A DNA stretch of 64,000 nt from a virus. Taxonomy: Duplodnaviria; Caudoviricetes. Both the position numbers and the translations under genes were made by a program. Positions 37,454 through 47,806 of this stretch are shown here, one piece after another; the stretch's first letter is position 1; each line of letters opens with the position of its first letter. Under the pieces are notes generated by a model. The model had not been told where the DNA came from and did not search any database. It saw only the letters and a list, made by a program, of their open reading frames with translations. The stretch spans positions 1-64,000 of the IMG/VR virus record IMGVR_UViG_2576861683_000003, one strand, 5' to 3'.

Positions 37454-39552
37454 ATCCAGCCTCCGCTGTTTGATACCGGTGCCCATGCTGATACGGCAGG
37501 CGTTTCCTGTTTTTGGGTTTCGGGTGAGGGTTTTATTTCAGGCTCTGTGGCGATATCGGCAATTGGCGGGGATGAGGAAAGCATTACATCAGGCAATCTC
37601 GCCCATTTAGGCGGTTTTTCCCAATTAATATTCTCGTACCCTTTTAATATCACCAAGGCATGGGCGTAAACCATCAGGTCAAATGCCTCATTAGCACCTC
37701 GACCCGGCTTTTCCCAATGCCCTTTTTCATCACGCTCTTCATACGTCAACTCGTCATAGAACGATTCATCCAGCCAATCAGGGAAATGAATATAATTAGG
37801 TCCGACGGTATCGCGCGATAACGCAGAACTGATCCGGTCTTTGAGTTGATCCGTTTGTAGTAAATAAAGAGGCACATCCCCTTTCGCTTGGGCGCGCCGT
37901 TCTGAACGACTGGTGTTATCAGGGAATGATTTAGTAATTAACTTACTGCGTTTATGCCCGTCGCCCTTAAAGAGATAGACTTTACGGTGTAATCCCTCTT
38001 TTCGACAGCGACGCCAAAATTTATAAGCATTATCAGTGACACCCTCTTCACCACCAGAGTCCACGCCCAACATCATGATTTCCATTTCATGGTGAGGGTA
38101 ATGTTGCAATGGATAGGTTTTCTCTAATACATCCGTGATTAATACTTGCCAATCCTCAGGATAAGAGCCCGGATCAATTCGACGGCATTCACCGTTGTTG
38201 TCATAACGTAGGGATTGGGTTATTTCAAAGCGGTCAATCACCCAGCGTTCGCCTTTTTCACCGTAACCGACCACCTGAACCACAAAGCGTCGTTTTTTAC
38301 CGCCCTGTACGTCAACTGTGGCAACCAAGAATCGCACGCCATCTGGCACAACTGACTCTTCCCAGTTTTCTACACGATTTATAAGTTCATCACTCCGGCG
38401 CTGTTCTTGTGCTGTGCGCGGTAAATAAGGTAAACCCCAGTCTGTATTCGTGACCGCTTTTAAGGTTTCTTCACTGCCGGTTAATTCGTATTCTTGTTCT
38501 GCAGTCAGTAATTTATAAACTAACTGAGACAACGTTTGATAAGCAGCAGCAGGTCCTTCCATCCAAAAAGAGGCAATACGCGAACGACGCCCTGTGCCTG
38601 AGATCTTCCCTTGCTTATCAATGGACTGCCCTTCAATCAACCACACCCCTTTATTATTGAGATCCCGTTTTTGATGGGGCTCGATACGACCTAAACAGTG
38701 CTGACATTCCACATACGCCGATTCGCTGGCTTCTACGGGATCAGGATTGTCACGATACCCCTTTACTGCATCATAAATAGGCTGAAAATATTCGTGGCAG
38801 TGAGGACATTGCCAGTACCAGCGACGGCGATCCCCCCGATTATAGAGCGATAGAATGCCCGTTGTGGGCGGAGCTTCATGAGGCGATAAGCGACTCCATT
38901 TAGTATCTGTGATATCACGCCCCGGAGAACTTTCCACCAGCGTCATACCCGCTGACATAAAAGTGGTTGTCCGTTTTGAGGCTAAAGAAAAGCCATCTCC
39001 TTCACCGTCGATGTCTTCTGGAAAACGGTCATAATCGGTGAGTGCCACACACTTAAAATCAGATGAGGACATCACATTAATCGATGGCCACCCCATTTTT
39101 AAAAAACTGCCCGATAAAAAGTATTTATCAAACACGTTATTATCGTTACGACGAGGGCTGAGTTGTTTGCTGACTTCAGGACTGCAACGAAAGGTGCGAG
39201 AAAGCCGTTTTTTACTGTGCTCTTGTGCTTTGTCTTGCGTCATTTGCACCAGCAACATATCAGAAGGGTCGCACACAATATTGTAAATCACCCACCCATC
39301 AATTAACCCGACCGTCTTTCCTGTTCTCGCAGGTCCGACAAATATCACTGCATCATAGAGCCGTGACGATAAACAATTCATAGGTTCAACAATGTAAGGG
39401 GATACTGCTGGGTCCCAAGGAACAGAGTTACCCGCTCCCACAGGCACGCGCATATATTTTGCCACAGCATCCGCAACCGGCATTCGCCTCGGTGCTTTAA
39501 TGAGTTGAACTACATTTTTACGTAATAAAGAGGCAGATATTGGTTTAACCAT
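37450..39552 (-). CDS. Terminase large subunit (GpA family)
   Basis: GPARTGKT, DYDR, CPHC, VDVQ, NEAFD. Confidence 0.95.
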   Translation of the reverse strand: MVKPISASLLRKNVVQLIKAPRRMPVADAVAKYMRVPVGAGNSVPWDPAVSPYIVEPMNCLSSRLYDAVIFVGPARTGKTVGLIDGWVIYNIVCDPSDMLLVQMTQDKAQEHSKKRLSRTFRCSPEVSKQLSPRRNDNNVFDKYFLSGSFLKMGWPSINVMSSSDFKCVALTDYDRFPEDIDGEGDGFSLASKRTTTFMSAGMTLVESSPGRDITDTKWSRLSPHEAPPTTGILSLYNRGDRRRWYWQCPHCHEYFQPIYDAVKGYRDNPDPVEASESAYVECQHCLGRIEPHQKRDLNNKGVWLIEGQSIDKQGKISGTGRRSRIASFWMEGPAAAYQTLSQLVYKLLTAEQEYELTGSEETLKAVTNTDWGLPYLPRTAQEQRRSDELINRVENWEESVVPDGVRFLVATVDVQGGKKRRFVVQVVGYGEKGERWVIDRFEITQSLRYDNNGECRRIDPGSYPEDWQVLITDVLEKTYPLQHYPHHEMEIMMLGVDSGGEEGVTDNAYKFWRRCRKEGLHRKVYLFKGDGHKRSKLITKSFPDNTSRSERRAQAKGDVPLYLLQTDQLKDRISSALSRDTVGPNYIHFPDWLDESFYDELTYEERDEKGHWEKPGRGANEAFDLMVYAHALVILKGYENINWEKPPKWARLPDVMLSSSPPIADIATEPEIKPSPETQKQETPAVSAWAPVSNSGGWI

Positions 39553-39564
39553 TTTCCCCTCCTT

Positions 39565-40044
39565 TTAATCCTCCTTAAGCTCATCGTCTGCTAGCACTTT
39601 TATCGCTATTTGATCACGTAGATCATCAATCACCGCTTGTATTTGAAAAACCGCCGACGGTGTTAATGCACAATCGCGCTCTAATATATCCGGTAGTGTT
39701 TCCAACACCTGTATCATTGCTTTCGCTAAAGCAGCATATTCACGAGCAACATCGGATGCAGGTAATAACTCACCTATTTCTTGCTCGAATTTCAATCGTT
39801 CTCGTTCTGATTGATACCACGCTTTGCGATCTTGAGGTTGCATTTCTTGGCTATTAATCGATGCAGGAGCTTTCATTGTTTCGGCTAAAATATCGCTAAG
39901 TGCATAAAGTTTGAGGTTTGAGTTATTGGTATTAACAGGTGTGATATTTTTAAGGCGTGATGAAACGGTCTGTCGATGTATCCCTGATAATGTCGCTATC
40001 TGGCTAATATTAAGTGTTAGCTGTTTAAGTTTTTGATCCATCAT
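39565..40044 (-). CDS. Terminase small subunit (DUF1441/Nu1-like)
   Basis: NISQIA.LSG.HRQTV HTH; DRKAWYQSE; LETLPDILERD. Confidence 0.88.
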   Translation of the reverse strand: MMDQKLKQLTLNISQIATLSGIHRQTVSSRLKNITPVNTNNSNLKLYALSDILAETMKAPASINSQEMQPQDRKAWYQSERERLKFEQEIGELLPASDVAREYAALAKAMIQVLETLPDILERDCALTPSAVFQIQAVIDDLRDQIAIKVLADDELKED

Positions 40045-40104
40045 TGTGTGTAAATAGAGAATAAAAAACCCGCGTTAAACGGGTGTTCACAGTGGTATTT
40101 AACT

Positions 40105-40605
40105 TTATTGTGTTAGGGAATCAATATAGTCAAAAAGAAATTGAGCATCTGTTTCGTTTAATTTATTAAAATATTCGGCTTTTCTTTTGTCAAAATCTTC
40201 ACCTTTATGAGGCCATTTATTACACCAATAATCTATATTTGTATTTTTCTTGAACCACTGTTTTTGATATTCATGTTCATTGACCAGTTTATAAAGTTCT
40301 TTTTTTGTCTGACCTCTAGTTCTTGTTGCAGAAATTATAAAATTACAGTTTTCTTCAATTAACTCTTCCACTGCTTTTCTTATAATTTTTTCGTTATCAC
40401 CACCTGTAGATATCCCTATTTTTAAACCCTCTTTCTCAAAAATAGCTATTTCATCATTTTTAGCTAAAGGGTTTTCTTTTGGTTCTAAACGAACAGTATA
40501 GCTTTTATCTGATTTTAATTTTCTAATCAATTGAATTAGTGTTTGTGTTTTACCACGCTTACTTGCACCAAAAACACGTAACATTAATTTATTTTCAAGT
40601 TTCAT
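40105..40605 (-). CDS. Small P-loop NTPase-like moron protein
   Basis: GASKRGKTQT, GIST.GD, IISATRTRG. Confidence 0.65.
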   Translation of the reverse strand: MKLENKLMLRVFGASKRGKTQTLIQLIRKLKSDKSYTVRLEPKENPLAKNDEIAIFEKEGLKIGISTGGDNEKIIRKAVEELIEENCNFIISATRTRGQTKKELYKLVNEHEYQKQWFKKNTNIDYWCNKWPHKGEDFDKRKAEYFNKLNETDAQFLFDYIDSLTQ

Positions 40606-40729
40606 TATGAGAATTCCATTTGTAAGTAATGAATTATGATATACGTGCAGAATATAATTAATACAAGTTACTACATCACATTCTTATGGATATTAAGGAA
40701 ATTTTCCTGTGGAAAATCATGTGCTATCA

Positions 40730-40897
40730 ATCTGATGATGAACAAAAAACGTTCATAACCATCAGCGTTTATTATTTATATATTTAAAAATCAATAAGTT
40801 AATTAAGTAGTGATGATGTTGGAATAAAATACAAAAATTTGGCGTTTTCCGCGAAGCCCCCGCCCCGCGGGAAGGGAGACTATTGGAAGTACCTTTT
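40730..40897 (-). other. Probable cos packaging site
   Basis: GC-rich AAAAGGTACT..CGCGGGGCGGGGGCTTCGCGGAAAAC, lambda cosN/cosB-like, with CATCATC repeats, upstream of terS. Confidence 0.65.
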
Positions 40898-41298
40898 TAA
40901 CTGTTCTTCAATCTAATAAGGTTTGCTTCTAAAAGGCTAATAACTACATCGGCTTGCCCATTATGATTTTTAGGTAAATCATTATTGCTTTTTTGATATA
41001 GTCGAAAACACTCGGTGGCTGTTATGTTTGGGTTCTCTATTGCTAATGCTAAAAGTTCTTTCGCATGGCGTTTATTATCAGCACCCGCGTTATAATCATT
41101 TGATGGGATGTTCTTCACTAAACCAAGCTCACATAAACCCAAAAAGGCACCTTTAGGGCATCCTTTATTAATTGATGATTTACTAGTTGTTTCTTTTGAT
41201 ATCGCATTAGTCCATTGTTCACGTAAATTTACTTTATCATCATAATTCAATGCAGTCTGTACTGCTGCTTTACCATAAGTTCCCATATATAACCTCAT
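40897..41298 (-). CDS. DUF6979-like protein
   Basis: KGCPKGAFLGLCELG and HNGQ.DVV motifs. Confidence 0.65.
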   Translation of the reverse strand: MRLYMGTYGKAAVQTALNYDDKVNLREQWTNAISKETTSKSSINKGCPKGAFLGLCELGLVKNIPSNDYNAGADNKRHAKELLALAIENPNITATECFRLYQKSNNDLPKNHNGQADVVISLLEANLIRLKNS

Positions 41299-41620
41299 GC
41301 CTGATTATTTATAAATAATACTAACACTTATTTAATTTTAGTTATATTTTGTGAGGTTGTTCGTTTTTAATACCTGTAAAATAGGAAAGTGCTAGAAAGG
41401 TTCCTTAAAATATTTATACCATATATTATCCATAACATTAATTATGTAACTAATAACAGTAATCATATGTATAACCATACAATTAGTCAAAAACTTTACT
41501 TAACCAACTAAATGAGTATCCTAAGAACACTCGCTTAGTTGGTGATCTAATTTTTAATAAATAAAGAAAATGGTAATAAACTACTACAGATTTAATTTAA
41601 TCAATTAATTTATCAGACAG

Positions 41621-42178
41621 TTAAAGATGTTCTGGTGGTTCAAAACCATTCAAAATAGAAACAGCATAAACATTCGCTTTGTCACGACTAACTGGGGTGT
41701 AGCTCTCATCTACTTTTCTGTCAGTAATTCGGCTGAAAACAACATCATCTTTATTATCTATTTGAATAATCCATGTAACAAGGTATTTATCCGTACCTAA
41801 TAATCGATAAATTGTATCATCTATTGATTTTTCTTCTTTACTAAAATGTTCTAATTTACCAAACACAACTGTTCCTGCATTTATTATTACAAAAACAGTT
41901 ATAATACCTACTGCCGCAACAATCCAGCCACCTCCAGGTTTGTACATAAATTCAAGTAAAATAAGTCCGATGCTAATTAACCCTAAGATTAAAAATAAAA
42001 TAATGTAGAACCAAAATATTTTGTGCGTTAACCAGCTTGTCTTTATTTTCTTTTTTTTTCTATCATTCATCGCTCTAAACATTGCAAAACATGCAATAAA
42101 TGAAAATATAGCTAACGTAAGAAAATTCATGGAATTTTTTAGTGCTTCAATAAGTTGTTGCTCCATAATACCCACCAA
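41621..42178 (-). CDS. 3-TM membrane moron protein
   Basis: Three hydrophobic helices; AT-rich. Confidence 0.65.
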   Translation of the reverse strand: MVGIMEQQLIEALKNSMNFLTLAIFSFIACFAMFRAMNDRKKKKIKTSWLTHKIFWFYIILFLILGLISIGLILLEFMYKPGGGWIVAAVGIITVFVIINAGTVVFGKLEHFSKEEKSIDDTIYRLLGTDKYLVTWIIQIDNKDDVVFSRITDRKVDESYTPVSRDKANVYAVSILNGFEPPEHL

Positions 42179-42279
42179 TTATTTAATAAGAGAATATTAT
42201 ATTATGGACAAATTTCCACATTATTCCAATTATGAAGTACTATTTTTTTATTTAGCTATATTTATAACTTCTTCAAGTA

Positions 42280-42912
42280 ATCGACTTATTTCCTGTGGTA
42301 ATAAAACCTTTGCCATTCGCAGTGCTCTATCTTGATAACAAAGTACAGGCTGAACAGGTAATGCATCACCAAAACGAATAAGTAATCTAGGGCTAGTTGG
42401 TTCTACCTATCTCGACAAGTACCACTAAGTAAGCGTTTTAATCGTTTTTTATTTTTACGACCTTTCCTCGCTTTTTTGCGTTGGAATATGCCATAAACAT
42501 CCTTTAACTCACCAATAAATATATTATTTTTAGCTTTCAAGCTATTCAGCTTATTTCTTGATAATTTACCGTTTTTGTTTAATTTTATATTTTTAGGTTT
42601 AAGCAATGATGCGCCATTCAATTTATGGACACCTCTGATCTCAAATGGCATTAAATATCCAATGGCGATATTCATCACAAATACTTTCGCCTTTAAATTA
42701 TTTTTACGAGCCCCTCGGCTTTTAATACTTTTAATCGTAAATAGGAGTAAGCTTTCTAAATTACATTGTAATGCAATCTTTTGTACATTTTCTATTTTAC
42801 GGGTAGCAATCGTAAGAGCGAGTGCTGCTGTAAATAGGATTTGCTTTCGAATAGTGTTAAGTTGATTTGTTAGATCCGTTAAATTAGCCATAATTTCCCA
42901 AAAAACTAGCAA
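42280..42912 (-). pseudogene. Decayed phage late protein (Z/gp10-like) upstream of cos
   Basis: L..IRKQI.F..A.ALT and LKAKVFV motifs; premature stop at 42403, with homology continuing (LLIRFGDALPV). Confidence 0.5.
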
Positions 42913-43112
42913 CCAATAAAAACTCTATCAACGCCACTCAATGAATGACTTTTATTGAATCAACTAATCATAGCTAACATATTATATGGATATGGCGACA
43001 ATACGACTCCAAATTTTCTAGACAATTTAAATCGAGACTATTATGCTTAATTTGCTATTGATAAATGGCAATTATAACTATTTGGAAATACTCATTTTAA
43101 AAGGAATTAAAT

Positions 43113-43352
43113 ATGATTTATTATTTAGAAATTAGAGATCCTTATGATAAGGATTGTAACCTTGAACATCTAAAGAGTAGTGAGCCTTTTATGTCATTTA
43201 ATCTTGGTGACACTATAAATGGGCAATCAATTCCTGTAGAGGGTGATATGGCGTATCCTCATAACCTTGTTATTACAGATATTGAACACTTTATTTTTAC
43301 TATTAAAGATATTATCCATCATAAAGTGATGCTGTATACGAAAGTAAAATAA
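43113..43352 (+). CDS. Small hypothetical moron protein
   Basis: 79-aa ORF with AAGGA RBS, antisense to the late operon. Confidence 0.6.
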   Translation: MIYYLEIRDPYDKDCNLEHLKSSEPFMSFNLGDTINGQSIPVEGDMAYPHNLVITDIEHFIFTIKDIIHHKVMLYTKVK

Positions 43353-43414
43353 CTCTTTAGTTTAATGTAAAATAACTTTGTTATTTTATCTTGCGCTCCT
43401 ATTGGGGCGCTTTC

Positions 43415-43876
43415 TTAGTTCATACACTTTGTATTTACATATTCCTGTAACCCCTTAATCATTCTTTCCGACTCTGCAATTCGTTCTCTAAGTAACCAAT
43501 AATTTCGGATAGCGGTGTCAGTAGGTTTGGTGGGGGTTGCATCATCCATGCTGGTGGAAGAATTTGTGGTGATACGGGAGGAACACTCGGCTCTGATATA
43601 CACCCGCTTAGGATTGCGCTCAGCCCAAATACGCAACCCATCAATTTCCTTTTTCGCATTAACTAGCTCCTGAGTGTGTTTAATATCGAGTTGATTTAAT
43701 AGAGTTACCCGTTTTTGATAATCGTGATTTATATTCACTAGCTCTTTTAAACGACTGGCTAACTCCCTATTAGCAGCGTTTAATCTATTCAGTTTTTTTG
43801 ATTGCTCATTTACCACGATATAACCACCAGCAATAATAACTATCGCTATAGTCGCGATATAAAAATTCCAATTCAT
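43415..43876 (-). CDS. Rz i-spanin
   Basis: N-terminal TM, coiled coil, YW.LRERI and GLQEY. Confidence 0.88.
   Translation of the reverse strand: MNWNFYIATIAIVIIAGGYIVVNEQSKKLNRLNAANRELASRLKELVNINHDYQKRVTLLNQLDIKHTQELVNAKKEIDGLRIWAERNPKRVYIRAECSSRITTNSSTSMDDATPTKPTDTAIRNYWLLRERIAESERMIKGLQEYVNTKCMN
43459..43659 (-). CDS. Rz1 o-spanin
   Basis: Lipobox LSGC; PPAWMMQPPP; embedded in Rz. Confidence 0.82.
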   Translation of the reverse strand: MRKRKLMGCVFGLSAILSGCISEPSVPPVSPQILPPAWMMQPPPNLLTPLSEIIGYLENELQSRKE

Positions 43877-43882
43877 TATTGA

Positions 43883-44041
43883 TTAATACCTATGATGAGA
43901 AATAGCGCGTTGACAACGTTTAATTAAACTCGCTTTATCATTGGAACAAGAAGGATCAATGGAAAGATAAAAACTGAAGATAACAATAAGAAAAAGAGTA
44001 ATAATAAAACACAAAACAATAATTAAAGATTTCCATGGCAT
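43883..44041 (-). CDS. 52-aa single-TM protein between endolysin and Rz
   Basis: Hand translation MPWKSLIIVLCFIITLFLIVIFSFYLSIDPSCSNDKASLIKRCQRAISHHRY*; homologue at 2100..2258. Confidence 0.65.
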   Translation of the reverse strand: MPWKSLIIVLCFIITLFLIVIFSFYLSIDPSCSNDKASLIKRCQRAISHHRY

Positions 44042-44493
44042 AAAGCAGATTCCATTTCACGACGATTAATTAAGCCTTTCCATACTTTTCCACCAGCATA
44101 AATCCAGTGTTTCATTTCTTCACAAGCACCATGTTGATCACCCACATTTAATTTTTTGAGTAAAGTAGAACGTGAAAATGCTGTTATTCCAACATTAAAA
44201 GCAAAAGAATATAAAGAGGCTTTAGTGTGATTATCGAGAGATACTTTAACTAAAGCATCGACTTGTTGTTGTATTTTAATAAAATCTTTTTGTAATAAAG
44301 CATCACATTCTAGCTGTGTGTATAGCCTATTCTGAATGATGTCATTGCCAGTATGGCCGTAGCAAACCGTCAGTACACCCGCAACATCATAATAGGATTT
44401 ATATTTTATTCCTTCTAAATAACTAATAAGAGTTAAGGCTATAGTAACGGCACTGGTGCTACTTAATACAATTGCTTTCCGTTTTAATTGCAC
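44023..44493 (-). CDS. SAR-type GH24 endolysin
   Basis: Weakly hydrophobic N-terminus, then EG..Y.DVAGVLTVCYGHT. Confidence 0.9.
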   Translation of the reverse strand: MQLKRKAIVLSSTSAVTIALTLISYLEGIKYKSYYDVAGVLTVCYGHTGNDIIQNRLYTQLECDALLQKDFIKIQQQVDALVKVSLDNHTKASLYSFAFNVGITAFSRSTLLKKLNVGDQHGACEEMKHWIYAGGKVWKGLINRREMESALCHGNL

Positions 44494-44607
44494 TTAAGAT
44501 CCTTTTTATTAAAAAGTATCATTTCATTAATATAATTAAATCTTATAATTCAATTTAGTATTCAATTATGTTATCATTAGAAAAATAAAAATTAGAGATA
44601 AAATATA

Positions 44608-44973
44608 ATGAAAAAATTCGATATAGATAAAATAATTAAAAACTTATCGGACAATGATGTAAAAAAAATAAATCAAACCTATAACAATCAAACCAATAAA
44701 GAAGATAGTTTCAAAAAATGGTTTTTTGACACATTTATCTTTGATCGTATCTTATTTGAAGGATTATTTTTATCATTAAGCATAATGTTTTTACTCATTA
44801 TTACAATCCCAACAACATCACAAATTTTCTCTGCTTTTTTAGCCTTGATTTTTATTTATTTTTTCATTAGCTTCATAATAACCATCTATGATTGTATTAA
44901 TAATAAAATATCACTAATTTTATTTTTTAGAGTAAAGAGAATTGCAATAATGACCTACCTAATGGAAAAATGA
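44608..44973 (+). CDS. 2-TM membrane protein convergent with the DUF4225-like gene (putative immunity)
   Basis: Two TM segments; paralogue at 1..366. Confidence 0.7.
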   Translation: MKKFDIDKIIKNLSDNDVKKINQTYNNQTNKEDSFKKWFFDTFIFDRILFEGLFLSLSIMFLLIITIPTTSQIFSAFLALIFIYFFISFIITIYDCINNKISLILFFRVKRIAIMTYLMEK

Positions 44974-45015
44974 TCTATTTGTAACTGAAGTGAATCAAGA
45001 GAAAATCAATCTAAC

Positions 45016-45984
45016 TTATTGAGTATTTTCATTAGATGATTCATCGTTATTATATTTCTTTAATATTAGAATAAATTTCCCCATATTGTAGCCTAAAGTA
45101 GTGAGTAATAATGGATTGCTTTGAACCCTAAATTTTCGATTGAAATCTAATGAACTCCAACGAAATAAGCGAGTACCTTTACTGGTAAATAATCTATCAA
45201 AATGCGTTGCTCTATAAGTTTTTCCTCCCATGGTGACAGGTAAATGAATAATACGATTAGGTGAATCATATTTAGCAAAAGCAGCAAATCCATTATATAG
45301 GCTGACAGTCATATCAATAACATCATAACCTATTTCACCATGACTCTCATTCAACCCCCAAAATTTAAAACTTTGTTCAATACCTTTTTTTATAGGATCT
45401 TCTCCTATATCAAATTCACCATCAGTAAACTCATATACTATATCTGATACACCTTCAAAAACTTTACCGCCACCTAACCCTATACCAATAAATCCAGCAC
45501 CTTGCATTTCTTTATTTCTAATTTTACGACCAATCTTAAATGTTAAATATCCAAAAGCACTTTGTATTCCTCCTCCTATAATAGTTTGACTGCTTTTAAG
45601 ATAAAAATAATATCCCGTTCCAGAAAAAGTTTTAGTTAATTCATAAACCTCTTTGCTCCGTTTTCTTAATTGAGAATAAGCAGACATTTCAGTTTCATAC
45701 TCAGTTTCTATTTCATCGAGATACTGCATTATTTCTGGCAGATACCCCACACCAAATGCCTCTTTTGCTTTATCTCTAAAGCTGTTAGCTCGCTTATGTC
45801 TTTCTTTATGATTATATGTAGCACGATAAAAATCAGCTCGAATTAACCTCACAACTTCAGACATTTCACTTCTATAACCTTGTTTACAATAGTCGTCTGT
45901 AAGAAGATATCTAGCTGATATTTCAGATAGTTTTTTAATATCATTAGCATATCTTTCAAATTTTTCTTCAAAACTAGAAAACAT
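45016..45984 (-). CDS. DUF4225-like protein, putative Hcp-associated effector
   Basis: Gly-rich hydrophobic hairpin, G...YD.ID..VSLY and RLFRW...DF motifs; overlaps the hcp stop. Confidence 0.6.
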   Translation of the reverse strand: MFSSFEEKFERYANDIKKLSEISARYLLTDDYCKQGYRSEMSEVVRLIRADFYRATYNHKERHKRANSFRDKAKEAFGVGYLPEIMQYLDEIETEYETEMSAYSQLRKRSKEVYELTKTFSGTGYYFYLKSSQTIIGGGIQSAFGYLTFKIGRKIRNKEMQGAGFIGIGLGGGKVFEGVSDIVYEFTDGEFDIGEDPIKKGIEQSFKFWGLNESHGEIGYDVIDMTVSLYNGFAAFAKYDSPNRIIHLPVTMGGKTYRATHFDRLFTSKGTRLFRWSSLDFNRKFRVQSNPLLLTTLGYNMGKFILILKKYNNDESSNENTQ

Positions 45985-46502
45985 TAAAATACCCTTTCAT
46001 CCCAAATACTATAAGAACTTGTTCCTGCGGTTACATGTTCCCATGTTATTGACTTAAACCGTATTGATAATGACTCTTCGGGTTGAACTTCATTATGTGT
46101 TATAGAATTAGGATAGAAACAACTGATATTTACTATTGAAGCATCCGTTAATTTTATTTTGTAGTATAACTCCAATCCACTATTACCAGATGTTCTATAA
46201 AAGAAAAATTCACATGTTAATAACTCATTAGAGACTAATGATTGAGATAATAATGGGGAGGCCTTATCGATTGTCTTACGTATATCTATAGGTTGAAAGC
46301 TTACATTTTGATGCATTGAAAGATTTGATGAGAATTCATAAACTAAAATTTCATCTTCATGACCAGATTGATATTTATTACCAATAGAATCAAATGTAGA
46401 ACACCCTTTTGAAATTAAACCTTGATTATTTCCATTTAACTTTAAATAAATAATATTTGCCAATTTATACATCTCCATTTCTAGAAAGTCATAATCCATC
46501 AT
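45984..46502 (-). CDS. hcp: Orphan Hcp-family (T6SS tube) protein
   Basis: IYLKLNG..QGLIS.GCST..SIGNKYQ.GHEDEI, IDKASPLL, ITWEH; likely start at MANI-equivalent near 46463. Confidence 0.9.
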   Translation of the reverse strand: MMDYDFLEMEMYKLANIIYLKLNGNNQGLISKGCSTFDSIGNKYQSGHEDEILVYEFSSNLSMHQNVSFQPIDIRKTIDKASPLLSQSLVSNELLTCEFFFYRTSGNSGLELYYKIKLTDASIVNISCFYPNSITHNEVQPEESLSIRFKSITWEHVTAGTSSYSIWDERVF

Positions 46503-46683
46503 TTAATAGACATCTAATAAATAAAACCTGAAAGTCCATTTAATTAAGAATAGTTTAACAATCAAATATTACTTACTATATAAACAACTGAATAATATTC
46601 AATTGTTTTATTGCGTTATTAAAATTAAAAATATTTAAATTATACTTAAGATAAATAATTCTTATTAAGAAGTTATTTATATT

Positions 46684-47709
46684 TTATGTATTTCTTAAAT
46701 AATTATTTATCTCCCCTTTCGTCACCTCAAATCTCTCCTTCTCTAACTCCACTCCCAACACGTTTCTATTTAACTTTAATCCCGCCTTTATCGTTGCCCC
46801 TGATCCCATAAAGAAATCGGCCACTAAGTCCCCTTCACGACTACTAGAACGAATAATATGTTCCATCAGATCTGAAGGTTTCTCGCAAGGGTGTTTGCCG
46901 GGGTAATATTGCACTGGAGGATATGTCCACACATCAGTGTAAGGAACATCAGCCGTAACAAAAAAAGGACGCTTCAATAATCCGTATTCTTCAACCAATA
47001 CTTGATAACGTATCTGAGAAATTTTATGTTCTGACAGCAAATCATCATAGGTACGTGATAACGGTGATAACTGATCAATATGCGTAGCTCGTTGTGAAAA
47101 TAATATTTGTAACTTTTGATAATCATCCTTTAATGGTAATTGCCACTGACTGCGACCAAACCAGTGATTAGCCATTTTCTTCCCTGTAACTTTATTTATT
47201 TGTTTAACACTAACCTGTAATGCTGATCGTGCATCGATAAAATAATCCATAAGAGGTTTAAATACTCGTTGCTTGAGTTCACGACACTTTATAACAAACT
47301 CAGCCCCTTTTGCTTGTACTGGCCTTTGATAATGTTCCGCAAACAATATTCGTTCTGTCGAAGGAAAAAACGTACGCAGGCTTTCTTTATTCTGACGTCT
47401 CCAAGGGCCTGAAGGTTTAGCCCAAATAATATGACTTAACATATTAAATCGCCCTTTTACTAATAATTCAGTATCAGAGGCAAGCTTAGAGCCACAAAAC
47501 AAATACAAGCTTCCATTCGGTTTCAATACTCGCCAAAACTCAGTTAATACGTCATCTAGCCACGCTAAGTATTCAGCTTCATTTGCCCACTGATTATCCC
47601 ATGCACAAGATTTAACCCGAAAATAAGGGGGATCTGTCACTATCAAATCAATACAATTCTCTGGTAACGCTTTCAGCACAATTAATGCGTCATTATTATA
47701 TAATTGCAT
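46684..47709 (-). CDS. Phage N6/N4 DNA methyltransferase (beta class)
   Basis: DPPY, HPCEKP, DFFMGSG. Confidence 0.92.
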   Translation of the reverse strand: MQLYNNDALIVLKALPENCIDLIVTDPPYFRVKSCAWDNQWANEAEYLAWLDDVLTEFWRVLKPNGSLYLFCGSKLASDTELLVKGRFNMLSHIIWAKPSGPWRRQNKESLRTFFPSTERILFAEHYQRPVQAKGAEFVIKCRELKQRVFKPLMDYFIDARSALQVSVKQINKVTGKKMANHWFGRSQWQLPLKDDYQKLQILFSQRATHIDQLSPLSRTYDDLLSEHKISQIRYQVLVEEYGLLKRPFFVTADVPYTDVWTYPPVQYYPGKHPCEKPSDLMEHIIRSSSREGDLVADFFMGSGATIKAGLKLNRNVLGVELEKERFEVTKGEINNYLRNT

Positions 47710-47806
47710 CTATATCCTTTATTGAGGCAACAAAAAAGCCAGAAATTATCAAATTTCTGACTTGTATTTATATTTAATATAAAAGAGTGCAAAAACAGGT
47801 GGTAAT

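Noticed and set aside
44608-44973. 2-TM gene as the missing holin
   Set aside because: It is on the opposite strand to the lysis operon, and its paralogue travels with the DUF4225-like tip rather than with lysis genes
45984-46502. Complete T6SS or contractile injection system
   Set aside because: No sheath, baseplate, VgrG or PAAR genes in the window; the tail genes are non-contractile lambda type
46684-47709. Restriction-modification system
   Set aside because: Orphan methylase in its usual lambdoid position with no adjacent endonuclease
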